Source of the DNA: a bacterium
GTDB lineage: Bacteria; Verrucomicrobiota; Verrucomicrobiia; Chthoniobacterales; UBA6821
Direction: 5' to 3'
Assembly (NCBI GenBank): GCA_037130175.1
Contig: JBAXTN010000004.1
Coordinates: forward strand, 45,606 to 109,605
DNA: 64,000 bases
The position numbers were made by a program, and so were the translations under genes. Positions within the stretch are counted from its first letter, which is position 1, and every line of letters starts with the position of its first letter. This document shows, in pieces, positions 1-11,591 of this stretch. The notes under the pieces were generated by a model that was given only the letters and a program-made list of their open reading frames with translations, did not search any database and was not told the DNA's origin.

Positions 1-830
1 ACACGCAGACTCCTGATCTCATCAACTCATCCTATCAACCGAATGGGGAGGGATCACTTGCCCCGTATGTTATTAGAAAAGGCTCCATGATTTCGCTAGG
101 TGAACTCGGCCACATCATTGATCCAGCCCAAGTGGATGATCTTCTTCAAGCTCCCATGGCAGGAGTTCCCTCTTCACCGTTCTGCTGCGGCGGGGGACGC
201 ACACTGCGCATCGGTCAACCTGAATTTTCTGTTCTCAGTCCATCCGCCAGTTGGGATACCGATGGGAAGAGAGCGATCGAACTGATCGACATCTTTACCC
301 TTGCAGACAAAGGACGCCAACCTGGTTCCAACAACATCTCCACCAATGCAGGAATCCCCGGTCGCATCAACATCAACACCGCCCCTCACCCCGTGCTGAC
401 GTCGCTCTTCAGTGGAATTTCTGTCAGCTCGGACAGTCGTTTTACCAATTCCATCATCACACCGCAGACTGCTGATCAGCTCGCCACCATTGTCGAGCAA
501 AACAGACCCTATTCGCGGCTATCAGATTTGAGGGTACTCACGACGAACCTCTGCAATGCGGAAACCTTTACCCCTCCCCTTTCACGGAATCTACCCGGAG
601 TATCACCTGCTGTGGCGGATGTTTTTGACAGGGCAAGGGAAGAGGCTTTCGGAAAGATCATCGGTCACTGCACGGTGCAGAGTAGAACTTTCCGACTGTT
701 TGTGGTGGGGGATGCTCTTGATCCGAAAGGAAAACCGAATGCCCGCTCCATCATGGAAGCCATCATCTGCCTGACTCCCGATGCCTCTGGACAGCTCATA
801 CCAAAATTGCAGGATGTCCAGTGGCACTAG
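1..830 (+). CDS. GspK-like type II secretion / pseudopilin-associated protein, C-terminal part (5' end outside window)
   Basis: The frame of ORF 87..830 has no stop back to nt 3, so the gene is cut by the window edge. GRININTAPHPVLTSL followed by QLATIVEQNRPYSRLSDLRVL resembles the NINTA plus helix-hairpin-helix core of GspK-family proteins. Recognition by eye only. Confidence 0.4.
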   Translation, partial: TQTPDLINSSYQPNGEGSLAPYVIRKGSMISLGELGHIIDPAQVDDLLQAPMAGVPSSPFCCGGGRTLRIGQPEFSVLSPSASWDTDGKRAIELIDIFTLADKGRQPGSNNISTNAGIPGRININTAPHPVLTSLFSGISVSSDSRFTNSIITPQTADQLATIVEQNRPYSRLSDLRVLTTNLCNAETFTPPLSRNLPGVSPAVADVFDRAREEAFGKIIGHCTVQSRTFRLFVVGDALDPKGKPNARSIMEAIICLTPDASGQLIPKLQDVQWH

Positions 831-848
831 GGAAACGCTGATTTAAGA
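827..848 (+). repeat. Solo copy of the 22-nt motif TTAAGGAAACGCTGATTTAATC (exact 16-mer GGAAACGCTGATTTAA at 831..846)
   Basis: The exact 16-mer is shared with 39668..39683. It sits between the stop codon TAG (828..830) and the next ATG (848). Confidence 0.7.
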
Positions 849-1636
849 TGATTCTCCTGATCTCACTCCTTCTGGCCCAGTCATCTCCGACACCGGCTCC
901 CGTAGCCATGGATGTTACCCCTGCGGAACATCATCATACCCGGCACGCTCTGGTCTCTGCAACCCCATCACCGACACCGGAGGTTCGCATCACCTTGGTA
1001 AATGCCACGAGCGTTTCTGCCATCGCCCTCAATACCAGAGGAACCAATCGCCCCTTTGCCTATCCCTACTTTCCACAGGGCACATGGACGGGAAATGACC
1101 CGATCAAGACAAATTCGGTGGACTATCTGGCGCTCACGACCAATGGAGCTCTTCTTGCCAGGCACACTCAGAAGTTTCCAACCGTCTCCTCGCAGATCCT
1201 CCTGCTCACGGGTGACTTGAGCACCAGCGGACCGGCGGATTCACTACCGCAGATAGGGTTGCCTCCTCCGCCAAGCCTGAAACCATGGCCACCAAACCTC
1301 CAGTTTCATACCTATTCATGTTCCAAGTCAACGAATGCATCCCCTGAAAACAAAGACATCTGCCGTTACCGTGTCGTCAATGGGATGCCCTCCAAACTGC
1401 TTATTCTCCGTGCCTTTGCAGATGGGAATAAACCTGGGCGCCAACTCGCGCTCTTGGCTCCCGGCAATAGTGCCCTCTTTATCAAACAGCCGCCGAATCT
1501 GCGTTGGGAAGCTGAAATCGACGGACAAATATATCCCGTCGTCATGGAGCAGGAGGATGATCAACGAAACTGTCTTATCCCCTTTTTCCTAAGGAACGGC
1601 GTGCCGAGTTTTATCCGGGTTTTTGAAAATCCGTAA
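848..1636 (+). CDS. Hypothetical secreted protein
   Basis: 262-aa ORF 17 nt after the GspK-like gene. It has a hydrophobic N-terminus (MILLISLLLAQSSPTPAP) and Pro-rich stretches. I recognise no family. Confidence 0.45.
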   Translation: MILLISLLLAQSSPTPAPVAMDVTPAEHHHTRHALVSATPSPTPEVRITLVNATSVSAIALNTRGTNRPFAYPYFPQGTWTGNDPIKTNSVDYLALTTNGALLARHTQKFPTVSSQILLLTGDLSTSGPADSLPQIGLPPPPSLKPWPPNLQFHTYSCSKSTNASPENKDICRYRVVNGMPSKLLILRAFADGNKPGRQLALLAPGNSALFIKQPPNLRWEAEIDGQIYPVVMEQEDDQRNCLIPFFLRNGVPSFIRVFENP

Positions 1637-1685
1637 CTTGGGATTTAAAGATCCGCACACTTCTACTTCGCGAACACTCCCTTTC

Positions 1686-3281
1686 TCACAACCTCCTCAA
1701 CACTGTATCCCGTTGGAACTTGGCGTCGTCATGCCCCAAGTGGTCGAGGGTATAATGCAGACCCCTGCTCTCCCTACGGCTCTGGGCACAATCAACGATC
1801 AGTGCGGCAGTGGTTGCCAGATTGCGAAGTTCCAGTAAGTCGGCGGTAATTTTGAAATTCCAGTAAAATTCCTGAATTTCGGTTTGCAGATTGCGCAGCC
1901 GATGGGCCGCCCGCTGGAGGCGCTTATCCGTACGGACAATGCCGACATAGTCCCACATCAGGCGACGTATCTCATCCCAGTTGTGATAGATCACGACCAG
2001 TTCGTCGAGATCCTGCACCTTGCCGGGACGCCATTCGGGAAGCTCGATCTCGATTTCCTGACGATGATGATTGCGACTCGCCTTGACCTCAGCACGGTGG
2101 GCAATGACGAGGGCTTCAAGCAATGAGTTGCTCGCAAGGCGATTTGCCCCGTGGAGTCCGGTGCAGGCGGCTTCCCCCACGGCATAGAGTCCACGAAGGG
2201 TGGTCTCTCCATTGAGATCGGTCTTTACACCGCCACATTGGTAATGCGCAGCTGGTACGACGGGAATCGGCTTGCGGGTGATGTCGATGCCCAGACCGCG
2301 GCAGGTCTCGTAGATAGTTGGGAAGCGTTCCCTGATAAAGTCAGCCGGTTTATGTGAGATATCCAGATAGACACACGGCTTGCCCGTGCGCTTCATCTCA
2401 GCATCGATAGCGCGAGCGACGATGTCCCGGGGGGCGAGTTCCAGACGCTTGTCATACTTCTTCATGAAGCGATGTCCCTTGTCATCGGTCAGGACTCCCC
2501 CCTCACCGCGTACCGCCTCCGTGATGAGAAAAGATTTAGCCTTAGGATGATAGAGGCAGGTAGGATGAAACTGCATAAACTCCATGTTCGAGATCGCAGC
2601 TCCTGCACGCCATGCCATCGCTACACCGTCTCCCGTGGCGATGTCGGGATTGGTGGTGTAGAGATAGACACGGCCGCATCCCCCCGTGGCCAGTACCGTC
2701 ACATCGGTACGAAGCGTCTCTACCTCACCGCTTGCTTCGTTGAGCACATAGAGCCCGATACAGCTGTCCTGGATCGCATAGCCGAGTTTACCCGTCGTGA
2801 TGAGATCGACCGCCATGTGATTTTCCAAGACCGTGATGTTGGGATGTGCGGCAATCGCGGCCAGCAGGGTCTTCTCAATCTCAAATCCCGTTGCATCCTT
2901 GGCATGGAGAATCCTACGCTTGGAGTGCCCTCCCTCGCGTCCGAGATCCGGCTCACGTACTCCCTCGGGGGTCGTTCTTTCATCAAAATTCATTCCGAGT
3001 CCAACCAGTTCTGCGATCCGTTCCGGGCCTTCGCTCACAATCGTCCTGACAACATCCTCGTCACAGAGACCGTCTCCGGCAATCAGTGTGTCACGAACAT
3101 GGAGGGCAATGGAGTCTTCATTGCTTGTCACGCAGGCGATGCCTCCCTGTGCCCAAGCGGTGTTGGAATCAGCCCTTGATTTCTTGGTCACGATGGCAAC
3201 CCTCCCCTTTTCCGCGGCCTTGAGGGCATACGACAGCCCTGCAATCCCGCTCCCGACGACGACATAATCAAAGGTTTTCAT
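1686..3281 (-). CDS. nadB: L-aspartate oxidase
   Basis: 531 aa. FAD-binding [18 protein letters not shown] and [26 protein letters not shown] motifs. 4-nt overlap with panC. Confidence 0.95.
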   Translation of the reverse strand: MKTFDYVVVGSGIAGLSYALKAAEKGRVAIVTKKSRADSNTAWAQGGIACVTSNEDSIALHVRDTLIAGDGLCDEDVVRTIVSEGPERIAELVGLGMNFDERTTPEGVREPDLGREGGHSKRRILHAKDATGFEIEKTLLAAIAAHPNITVLENHMAVDLITTGKLGYAIQDSCIGLYVLNEASGEVETLRTDVTVLATGGCGRVYLYTTNPDIATGDGVAMAWRAGAAISNMEFMQFHPTCLYHPKAKSFLITEAVRGEGGVLTDDKGHRFMKKYDKRLELAPRDIVARAIDAEMKRTGKPCVYLDISHKPADFIRERFPTIYETCRGLGIDITRKPIPVVPAAHYQCGGVKTDLNGETTLRGLYAVGEAACTGLHGANRLASNSLLEALVIAHRAEVKASRNHHRQEIEIELPEWRPGKVQDLDELVVIYHNWDEIRRLMWDYVGIVRTDKRLQRAAHRLRNLQTEIQEFYWNFKITADLLELRNLATTAALIVDCAQSRRESRGLHYTLDHLGHDDAKFQRDTVLRRL

Positions 3282-4144
3282 TTAGAAACTCCGGATAGGG
3301 GTACATTATCAATCAACCTCACGCCACCAAGTTTCACCGCCACCAAAGCTCTGGCCTTGACAGCCCGTCCAAGCTTTTTCAAGGGCTCCAAGCTTTCAGC
3401 ATCGACGATTGCAGCGTAATCAGTCACGGCTCCGGGAATGGCTGCCAGATCTCTGAGTAATCCACGACGGAGTCTGGCCACAGATGTTTCCCCTGCCTCT
3501 GCCTCCATGACAGACGCAATCAACGCGGCATGGATGCGGGAGGAAAGGGCACGGTTTTCAGGAGTAAGATAGCTATTGCGTGAACTCAGGGCCAGACCAT
3601 CCTCCTCACGCACAGTCGGATGAGCGATGATTTTAACCGGCACTTTCAGATCCCTCACCATCCTGCGAATCACGGCTAGTTGCTGCCAGTCCTTCTCACC
3701 AAAAACCGAAGTCGTGGGACGCACTATTTGAAAAAGCATCGTCACGACAGTGCAGACGCCTGCGAAATGACCCGGTCTGGAAGCCCCACAGAGTCCGGCA
3801 GATAAACTGGATTCATTCACGACGACCGAGGCATCGGAGGCATACATCTCCGAAAGGGTTGGATGGAAGAGCAGATCGACCCCCTCCCGTTGGCAGATCC
3901 TCCGATCCTGATCAAGGGGTCGCGGATATTTAGCAATATCTTCCCTGGGGCCAAACTGCGTGGGATTCACAAAGATGGAAACGACCACGCTTCCCTTGGT
4001 TCCTGCAAGACGACGCGCCCGGCGGATGAGCGCCGCATGCCCCTTGTGAAGTGCTCCCATGGTGGGAACTAAAACGACAGAACCTTTCTTGGCTGCCCTC
4101 AGGCACCAGAGGCTGGCAGGGCCAATCCTCGACACCGTTTTCAC
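3278..4144 (-). CDS. panC: Pantoate--beta-alanine ligase (pantothenate synthetase)
   Basis: 288 aa. [19 protein letters not shown] (HxGH-type motif), FVNPTQFGP and FGEKDWQQL are typical of PanC. Confidence 0.93.
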   Translation of the reverse strand: MKTVSRIGPASLWCLRAAKKGSVVLVPTMGALHKGHAALIRRARRLAGTKGSVVVSIFVNPTQFGPREDIAKYPRPLDQDRRICQREGVDLLFHPTLSEMYASDASVVVNESSLSAGLCGASRPGHFAGVCTVVTMLFQIVRPTTSVFGEKDWQQLAVIRRMVRDLKVPVKIIAHPTVREEDGLALSSRNSYLTPENRALSSRIHAALIASVMEAEAGETSVARLRRGLLRDLAAIPGAVTDYAAIVDAESLEPLKKLGRAVKARALVAVKLGGVRLIDNVPLSGVSK

Positions 4145-4153
4145 CGTACCGTT

Positions 4154-4477
4154 TTACTTAGAAGGAGAGGCTGCCGGAACCGGGGCCTTCATCAGCTGCT
4201 TCTGAATCGAGGTCTGTCCAGCCGAAGTCTTCACATGAAGAACTGAAATCGTCAGCGTCAGGAGGAAGAACAATCCGCCAAGCCACACAGTGAATTTTGT
4301 AAGAACCGTGGTGGTCTGGGCACCAAAGAGATTGTCAGTGAGTCCGCCACCAAAGGCGGCACCGAGTCCCTCGCTCTTAGGTCGCTGCATGAGAATAGTT
4401 AGGATCATCAGGAAGCAGATGATCACTAGCAGGGTGATGAGGATAGGCATGAGGAGCCACATAGCACTCCAATACAC
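4154..4477 (-). CDS. secG: Preprotein translocase subunit SecG
   Basis: 107 aa. Two hydrophobic helices flank LMQRPKSEGLGAAFGGG..FGAQ, the SecG signature loop. Confidence 0.8.
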   Translation of the reverse strand: MYWSAMWLLMPILITLLVIICFLMILTILMQRPKSEGLGAAFGGGLTDNLFGAQTTTVLTKFTVWLGGLFFLLTLTISVLHVKTSAGQTSIQKQLMKAPVPAASPSK

Positions 4478-4582
4478 CTCAGAGATTTACCCGTGTAAAG
4501 AAAGCACTGCAAAAAAATCAGCACTTCCCTTGACCTTGACCAAGAACTAGAACCACAATCAATCCCTTCAACCAAAAACAGA

Positions 4583-5167
4583 ATGGCCCGCACATCTAAG
4601 ACCCCACCTAAGCCTTCACTCAAACTTTCTGCCAAAGCAGGGAAATCGACCAAGGCACACGCGTCAAAGTCAGCCTCCCCCAAAACCACCCCCAATCAGG
4701 AGACTCAGGAATTCAAGGATGTTCGCTCCCTGATTGAACTGATGAAGAAGAACGGTCTGGCCGTTTTCAAGTTTGAACAGGGTGACTTCAAGATCACCTT
4801 AAAAACCCCGGAAGGTGCAGCCGGTGGGACTACGGTTCTCCATGGGGCGCCCCCCTCCCCAGGTGCCGTAGCTCCTCAGGCAGTCAAGGCCACCTCTGAC
4901 ATAACAACGCCGTCAGAGCCGGAGAAAAGCAACTATCTGGAGATCAAGTCACCCATGGTCGGCACCTTCTACACGACACCTTCTCCCGATGCACCTCCCT
5001 TTGTTGAAGTGGGAAAGACCATCAACGCCGAAACTGTTGTCTGCATCATTGAGGCCATGAAAGTCATGAATGAAATCAAGGCCGAGATCGCCGGGAAGGT
5101 TGTCGAGATTGTAGCGGAAAACGGGAAGCCAGTTCAGTTCGGAGAAGTTCTCTTCCGGGTCAGCTAA
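4583..5167 (+). CDS. accB: Acetyl-CoA carboxylase biotin carboxyl carrier protein, with a Lys/Ala/Pro/Ser-rich N-terminal extension
   Basis: C-terminal biotinyl domain with the [12 protein letters not shown] motif, directly upstream of accC. The exact start is uncertain. Confidence 0.88.
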   Translation: MARTSKTPPKPSLKLSAKAGKSTKAHASKSASPKTTPNQETQEFKDVRSLIELMKKNGLAVFKFEQGDFKITLKTPEGAAGGTTVLHGAPPSPGAVAPQAVKATSDITTPSEPEKSNYLEIKSPMVGTFYTTPSPDAPPFVEVGKTINAETVVCIIEAMKVMNEIKAEIAGKVVEIVAENGKPVQFGEVLFRVS

Positions 5168-5188
5168 CGCAACCGGATCAAAGAACCC

Positions 5189-6553
<1,365 letters not shown>

Positions 6554-6598
6554 AAATTCTCGTGCTGACGAGGAAGGCAACATCCGGATCATCTTCCC

Positions 6599-7225
6599 AT
6601 GAAGCCCCTCTCACAATGCCTCCTTTACGGGATTCTGGACACAGGCTATCTCGATATCGGGCAGCTTGTTCCCACGCTGCACTCCCTAATTCAAGGAGGA
6701 ATCGATGTGGTGCAGTTCCGGGCAAAAAAAACCGTACCTGAGGAAATCTTGACCATCGCCAGTGAATTAGCCCCCATCTGCAGGGCTGCGGGAGTTGCTT
6801 TCATCCTCAACGATCATCCTGAACTTGTGCAACAGTGCGGAGCCGACGGTGCCCACGTCGGTCAGGAAGATTATTCAGTGGCCGAGGCCCGCGAGCTTGC
6901 AGGGTCGGGAGCCATCATTGGAAAATCAACGCATTCCTTGGCACAGGCAGTTGATTCTGCTGCAGAAGCACCCGATTACATAGGATTTGGGCCTCTCTTT
7001 GCCACACCGACAAAACCTGACTACAACCCGATCGGAACGCAGCAGATACGCTCTGTTTATGAGGCCCTTGATCTTCCAATTTTTTGTATTGGAGGGATCA
7101 AGCTTTCCAATCTTCAGGAAGTCATCAGATCGGGAGCACGACGCGTGGTGATCGTTTCCGATCTGCTTCAGGCTTTGGATCCACAGGCTCAGACGGCCGC
7201 CTGCAAGGCACTTCTGGAACCATAA
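6599..7225 (+). CDS. thiE: Thiamine-phosphate synthase
   Basis: 208 aa. VVQFRAKK, ILNDH, GADGAHVGQED, GFGPLFATPTKP and CIGGI motifs. Confidence 0.9.
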   Translation: MKPLSQCLLYGILDTGYLDIGQLVPTLHSLIQGGIDVVQFRAKKTVPEEILTIASELAPICRAAGVAFILNDHPELVQQCGADGAHVGQEDYSVAEARELAGSGAIIGKSTHSLAQAVDSAAEAPDYIGFGPLFATPTKPDYNPIGTQQIRSVYEALDLPIFCIGGIKLSNLQEVIRSGARRVVIVSDLLQALDPQAQTAACKALLEP

Positions 7226-7237
7226 AGCATCTGTTTT

Positions 7238-8356
7238 GTGAAGGGTGGGAATTCACACGGTTCTTCCAACAGAAGAATATTAGAATTCCTTCTAGGCATT
7301 CAGCAGGAATGCGAAGGAGTGATTCCCTTTGAACGATACATGAGGGAGGCCCTTTATCATCCCCTTCACGGTTACTATTCGAGACACATCGAGACAGTGG
7401 GGAGATCAGGTGATTTTTCAACCAGTACCACGCTTGATTCAAATCTCGGGGCTGCGCTGGCGGCCTGGATCACCAAAAGGGCACAGGAGTTTAGCTGGGA
7501 GCGCATTCCTATCATTGAAATCGGCGCCGGAAGCGGGCAATTGGCACGATTGATTCTGCGCCATCTCAGCTGGAAACTACGCGGACGGGTGGACTACATG
7601 ATCCACGAGAAATCACCCGTACTCGAGAAGGAACAGAGAAGCCGTCTCCGCTGGCGAGGTGTCCGATGGGTCAGATCCCTGCCGGAAACACTGACCCGAA
7701 CCTCTGGACGCGCACTCATTTTCAGCAATGAGTTGGTGGACGCTTTTCCCTGCAAATTATTTCAGAGAGCCGGAGAGTCGTGGCAGGAACTTGGGGTCTC
7801 CATCAGCGAAGAGTTTGGACTCACGGAAAAGGCATTCTCAAGGATTCCTTGTGACCCTTGGTTCTCCCAGTTCGGGAATATTCCGGAGGGACAGCTGGTC
7901 GAGATGACCAGCTCTTACAGGGAATGGATCAGCAGTTGGTATTCCAATTGGCATGAAGGTGCGATACTCACGATCGACTATGGTGATACCGCTGAAAAAC
8001 TCTATGATCGAAGGCCTAATGGATCGCTTCGTGCCTACTGGCGACATCAGAGGCTCACAGGAGCCAATCTCTTCGCCCGATTTGGAAAACAGGATCTGAC
8101 CGCGGATGTGAACTTTAGCGATCTCATCCGATGGGGGGATCAACTGGGATGGAAAACCTCCCTTTTTCAGACTCAACGCGATTTTATCAAGTCGTGGATT
8201 CCAGAAAATAATTTACACGGAGTTCTTCCTGATGAAGTTGGAGAAGCCTTCAAGGTTCTGGAGCAGCAACCCTTTAAGCCGGTAGTCTCACAGAGGATCA
8301 GTGACCGCTGCTTGTGGGAGCAAGAGGGCTCGATCCAGCCTGACTCGCGCCGCTGA
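7238..8356 (+). CDS. Class I SAM-dependent methyltransferase, MidA/NDUFAF7 (DUF185) family
   Basis: 372 aa. YMREALYHPLHGYYS, GDFSTS, the SAM-binding IIEIGAGSGQLA and FSNELVDAFP are typical of the MidA family. The 3' end overlaps the convergent lptD-like gene by 59 nt. Confidence 0.7.
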   Translation: MKGGNSHGSSNRRILEFLLGIQQECEGVIPFERYMREALYHPLHGYYSRHIETVGRSGDFSTSTTLDSNLGAALAAWITKRAQEFSWERIPIIEIGAGSGQLARLILRHLSWKLRGRVDYMIHEKSPVLEKEQRSRLRWRGVRWVRSLPETLTRTSGRALIFSNELVDAFPCKLFQRAGESWQELGVSISEEFGLTEKAFSRIPCDPWFSQFGNIPEGQLVEMTSSYREWISSWYSNWHEGAILTIDYGDTAEKLYDRRPNGSLRAYWRHQRLTGANLFARFGKQDLTADVNFSDLIRWGDQLGWKTSLFQTQRDFIKSWIPENNLHGVLPDEVGEAFKVLEQQPFKPVVSQRISDRCLWEQEGSIQPDSRR

Positions 8357-10682
8357 AAGCCAGAGGGATCGCAACCTGAGGAAGATCCTTGAGTGTGAAA
8401 CTTAGCAAGGCTCCATATTGATTCTGTGCGGATTGAGTTCCAGAAGCCTGATTACTTCGGACTTCCGCACCGAAAGAAACGATCCAACTGGAGAGATCCC
8501 TGTGGATCAGATAGCGCTGATAAATCAGAGAATTGTTCTGACCCTGACTCCCTTGGGCAGGCTGGGTATTGTAGATTTCCGAGGCACTGAAAGACCAATG
8601 ATCATTGGCCCGCCAATAAAAGGATATGGGATATTGATTGTTGTTGGCGGTACCATTGTAGTTGTTGATGTAACGGGTTCCGAAACTCATGCTGAACGAG
8701 CGAATCGGCATCACAGTAAAGTCGGTGTTGAACTCGGTAAATCCCTGACTCACAAGCGGGGTCTGTGCTCCCATTTGGAAATTAAACCAACTCACAGGGT
8801 TAAATGTGAGACGGTTATTAAGATTGGAAACCGGGCCGTTGATGTAGGGATTGACGCCATTCACATCTGCGAATGTATCAAGGTAGAACCAGTCATAGGT
8901 ATCCCCGTCACGACGGGTTTGAAGTCTATTTCGAAAACCAAGCCGCCAGATAGCCCAACTGTCAATGGCATCTACGGCAGCAAACTGGGAGAGATCGAGT
9001 GGTTCAAGCTGGGTGGAGCTTGGCTGAAATCCCGATTTTGTAGGAGCGAGGGGATTGTTGGGAAGGAGGCGATCAAACTGAAGCACCCTGTTTACATTGG
9101 GACCACCGGCATAGACTCCCGAAAGGATGCTGTAGGGTTGAAAAATATGGCGCAATCCGTCAAGTCCTAGCAGTCGTGACTGAATCGACTCAAAACTGCG
9201 GGAAAGCTTGAATGAGTTTTCCAGACTGGCGTTGAAAATGGCACGGGATGTCACCCCTGTCTTATAAAAGGTATTTCCGGCAGGTAGTCCTGTTGCAGGA
9301 TTTGTATACAGTCCGTTGGGGCTTGTTGAAGCATAGGGAAACGGATCGATCTGACCGTTTGCCCCCTGAAAGTATCCACCCTGACTGTAGAAGGTGCCGC
9401 GCATTCCGACTTTGGGGACAGCGGAGAGCCACCCCCAGAAGGTTTGCGGCGCGCTGACCTGACCAAAAGAATCAAACCGGGTGGCACCGTAATCCTGGCC
9501 GTAGGAATCATTGGCAAAGTTACGGTTAAGCTGCCCCAAGGAAGTAGTGCCGTCGTAATAGACGGGCAGACCGAAAAGAGGCTCCTGTTTAAAATCCAGG
9601 GAGAGTTCAGGCTTTCTTTCAGTTGTCTCCTGAAAGTTATTCATCTGCCAGCGGGTCACCAGGGCAAGACTGTACACATCATCCAGCTTGGTCACGGTGA
9701 TGTTGTTGTCCGGTTGGGGATTGGTCTGATTCTCCGTGGGATAAAAATCCTGCATGAAGTCTCGATCACTCAGCTTGGTCATGTCAAAAGTCGCATAGAT
9801 ATCGTCTGTCAAATAGAGTTTCTGTTGATAACCGACGCGATACCGGGTGTATTTTCCCGTCTCGGGAAGCTCACCAGGGCCTCCGACCTTCTGCGATGAT
9901 TTCTGGTCAAAAGCAACATAGGAAACAAATTTCCCCACATTGCGGTCGTTTCTACCAAATTTCATACTGGCATCAAATCCAGCCGCATAGCCGCGTAGCG
10001 ATCTGAGATCCTGACGGATTGTCGCAAGGAAACTGTCCCCTGTTCCCAAAGGAAAAGTATAGGATGTGAGAAGGTATCCACCCCAGTTGGAATCATAACC
10101 GGGAGAAATCTGGAACCCATTGCGGGTCAGACTCGAATAGGCATAGGGAAGCCAGAATATGGGAATTTTGCCAACATAGAGAGTGGAATTAAGCAGGACG
10201 ACCCGGTCATTGGGATAGAGCCGGATCGTGTGTGCATGCACATGCCAGTCTGGCATGGAGGAATCCGATGTTGTCAGATCGGAATCACGGAGGCGAAATT
10301 CCTTGATTCCAAAGCCCCTGGCAGAAAGCGATGAAAATTTCATGGGGCCATGACTGCCGTCAAATTCTAGAGCCCTCATCTGCTTTGTTTCGAGATTATA
10401 GAATGCCCTCTGGCCGTTGAATAGAGATTCACCGCTGTAAATCCTGACATTTCCCAGAAGCAGAACATCACGGGTGTCGGGGTTGTATTCCGCATGGTCG
10501 GAATAGATCGATGTGCCGTTGTAGTGAATCTGTACATTGTTGTCCGCAACCGCCACACCGTTCTCAAATCGGGTGTCTCCGTCAGCCGTGATCTCGACCG
10601 GCTTGTCTCCGAAACTCCCAAACTGGGCACGGAGAGAAACAGAGAGACAAAACAGAAGTGCAGGTATTAAAAAACGACGCAT
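8298..10682 (-). CDS. lptD: LPS-assembly outer membrane protein LptD/OstA-like
   Basis: I chose the internal start at 10682 (MRRFLIPALLFCLSVSLRAQ signal peptide) over the ORF-track start at 10958. An N-terminal OstA-like beta-jellyroll segment (VEITADGDTRFENG..IHYNGTSIYSDHAEYNPDTRDVLLLGNVRI) is followed by about 650 aa of aromatic/Gly/Asn-rich beta-barrel-like sequence. Confidence 0.7.
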   Translation of the reverse strand: MRRFLIPALLFCLSVSLRAQFGSFGDKPVEITADGDTRFENGVAVADNNVQIHYNGTSIYSDHAEYNPDTRDVLLLGNVRIYSGESLFNGQRAFYNLETKQMRALEFDGSHGPMKFSSLSARGFGIKEFRLRDSDLTTSDSSMPDWHVHAHTIRLYPNDRVVLLNSTLYVGKIPIFWLPYAYSSLTRNGFQISPGYDSNWGGYLLTSYTFPLGTGDSFLATIRQDLRSLRGYAAGFDASMKFGRNDRNVGKFVSYVAFDQKSSQKVGGPGELPETGKYTRYRVGYQQKLYLTDDIYATFDMTKLSDRDFMQDFYPTENQTNPQPDNNITVTKLDDVYSLALVTRWQMNNFQETTERKPELSLDFKQEPLFGLPVYYDGTTSLGQLNRNFANDSYGQDYGATRFDSFGQVSAPQTFWGWLSAVPKVGMRGTFYSQGGYFQGANGQIDPFPYASTSPNGLYTNPATGLPAGNTFYKTGVTSRAIFNASLENSFKLSRSFESIQSRLLGLDGLRHIFQPYSILSGVYAGGPNVNRVLQFDRLLPNNPLAPTKSGFQPSSTQLEPLDLSQFAAVDAIDSWAIWRLGFRNRLQTRRDGDTYDWFYLDTFADVNGVNPYINGPVSNLNNRLTFNPVSWFNFQMGAQTPLVSQGFTEFNTDFTVMPIRSFSMSFGTRYINNYNGTANNNQYPISFYWRANDHWSFSASEIYNTQPAQGSQGQNNSLIYQRYLIHRDLSSWIVSFGAEVRSNQASGTQSAQNQYGALLSFTLKDLPQVAIPLAFSGASQAGSSPLAPTSSGH

Positions 10683-10873
10683 GACGGCAGAAGTCACAAG
10701 GCTAGGCAGCCCCCCCCTTCGTTCAAGGAGAAAATCCCTGAAGCAGTCCGAAAACTCCATGCGTACAGGGGCGATGATTGAAGGGAGCGACTCTCCAAGT
10801 GCCCCTATCGCGCCTTGACCTGAGAGAAAAAAATTGGAAGTGCGCCCGACATCGGATTTTCTGGCAGAATCTG

Positions 10874-11572
10874 CTATGCGCTTTTGTTGGCCTGTGCCAA
10901 ATGACGGATGTCCTTCGCATGCACCGCAAAGACGATATCTTCCGCTATGTTGGAGCAATGATCACCGATCCGTTCCAAACAACGACCGATGAAAATCAGA
11001 TTCAGGTAGCCCGGAAGATTTTTTGAGTCATCCTGCATCTTGTTGACAAGGGTCTCCGTTAACTTCCTGTTGAGACGGTCAAGCTCCTTGTCCCTGGGCT
11101 TGATTCCCTTGGCCAGTTCACCATTTCTTTCGGCAAAAGCCCTGACCGCATCATCAAACATTTCAAAAGAAAATTTGATCATTTCATCCAGGAGATGCAG
11201 CTCGGGCAATTCGGGATGCTCGTTCAACTTCCGGGCTCTGCGGGCTATATTCACCGCCTGATCGGCCACTCTCTCGACATTGGCACCGATCTTGATTGAT
11301 GAAATCACCTCGCGAAGATCCGAAGCCACAGGCTGAAAGCGGCTCATCACCTCGATTCCCTCACGATCTATCTGCATCTCAAGCAGATCAATCTCCTCAT
11401 CATCGGCAATGCTGTTATTACACCAGTCATCATCCCTCTCAAACAGTCCCTTGATGGCATTTTCCAGATTGATTCGCGTCAGGCTGGAAATTCTGAGGAC
11501 ACTACTGCGTAGCTGATCAAGCTCAGCGGTAAAACTGGTCAACGTATGGGGGCGAGAAGGTTCTGCGTGCAT
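10874..11572 (-). CDS. phoU: Phosphate transport system regulator PhoU
   Basis: 232 aa with two PhoU repeats (ERVADQAVNIARRA / ERIGDHCSNIAEDIVF). Last gene of the pst operon. Confidence 0.92.
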   Translation of the reverse strand: MHAEPSRPHTLTSFTAELDQLRSSVLRISSLTRINLENAIKGLFERDDDWCNNSIADDEEIDLLEMQIDREGIEVMSRFQPVASDLREVISSIKIGANVERVADQAVNIARRARKLNEHPELPELHLLDEMIKFSFEMFDDAVRAFAERNGELAKGIKPRDKELDRLNRKLTETLVNKMQDDSKNLPGYLNLIFIGRCLERIGDHCSNIAEDIVFAVHAKDIRHLAQANKSA

Positions 11573-11591
11573 GATAAAGCAAAGTTAAAAA

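Noticed and set aside
6939-6955. Sigma-54 promoter-like TGGCAC-N6-TTGA (also TGGCACG at about 7546)
   Set aside because: Both lie inside coding regions, have wrong spacing and lack the GC of the -12 element. No convincing TGGCAC-N5-TTGC was found in any intergenic region.
10683-10958. N-terminal 92-aa extension of the lptD-like ORF, with a G8/C8 tract at 10710..10717 in the resulting leader
   Set aside because: The extension overlaps the phoU 3' end and lacks signal-peptide character, whereas the internal start gives a clean signal peptide. An 8-nt homopolymer is within chance expectation for this window.
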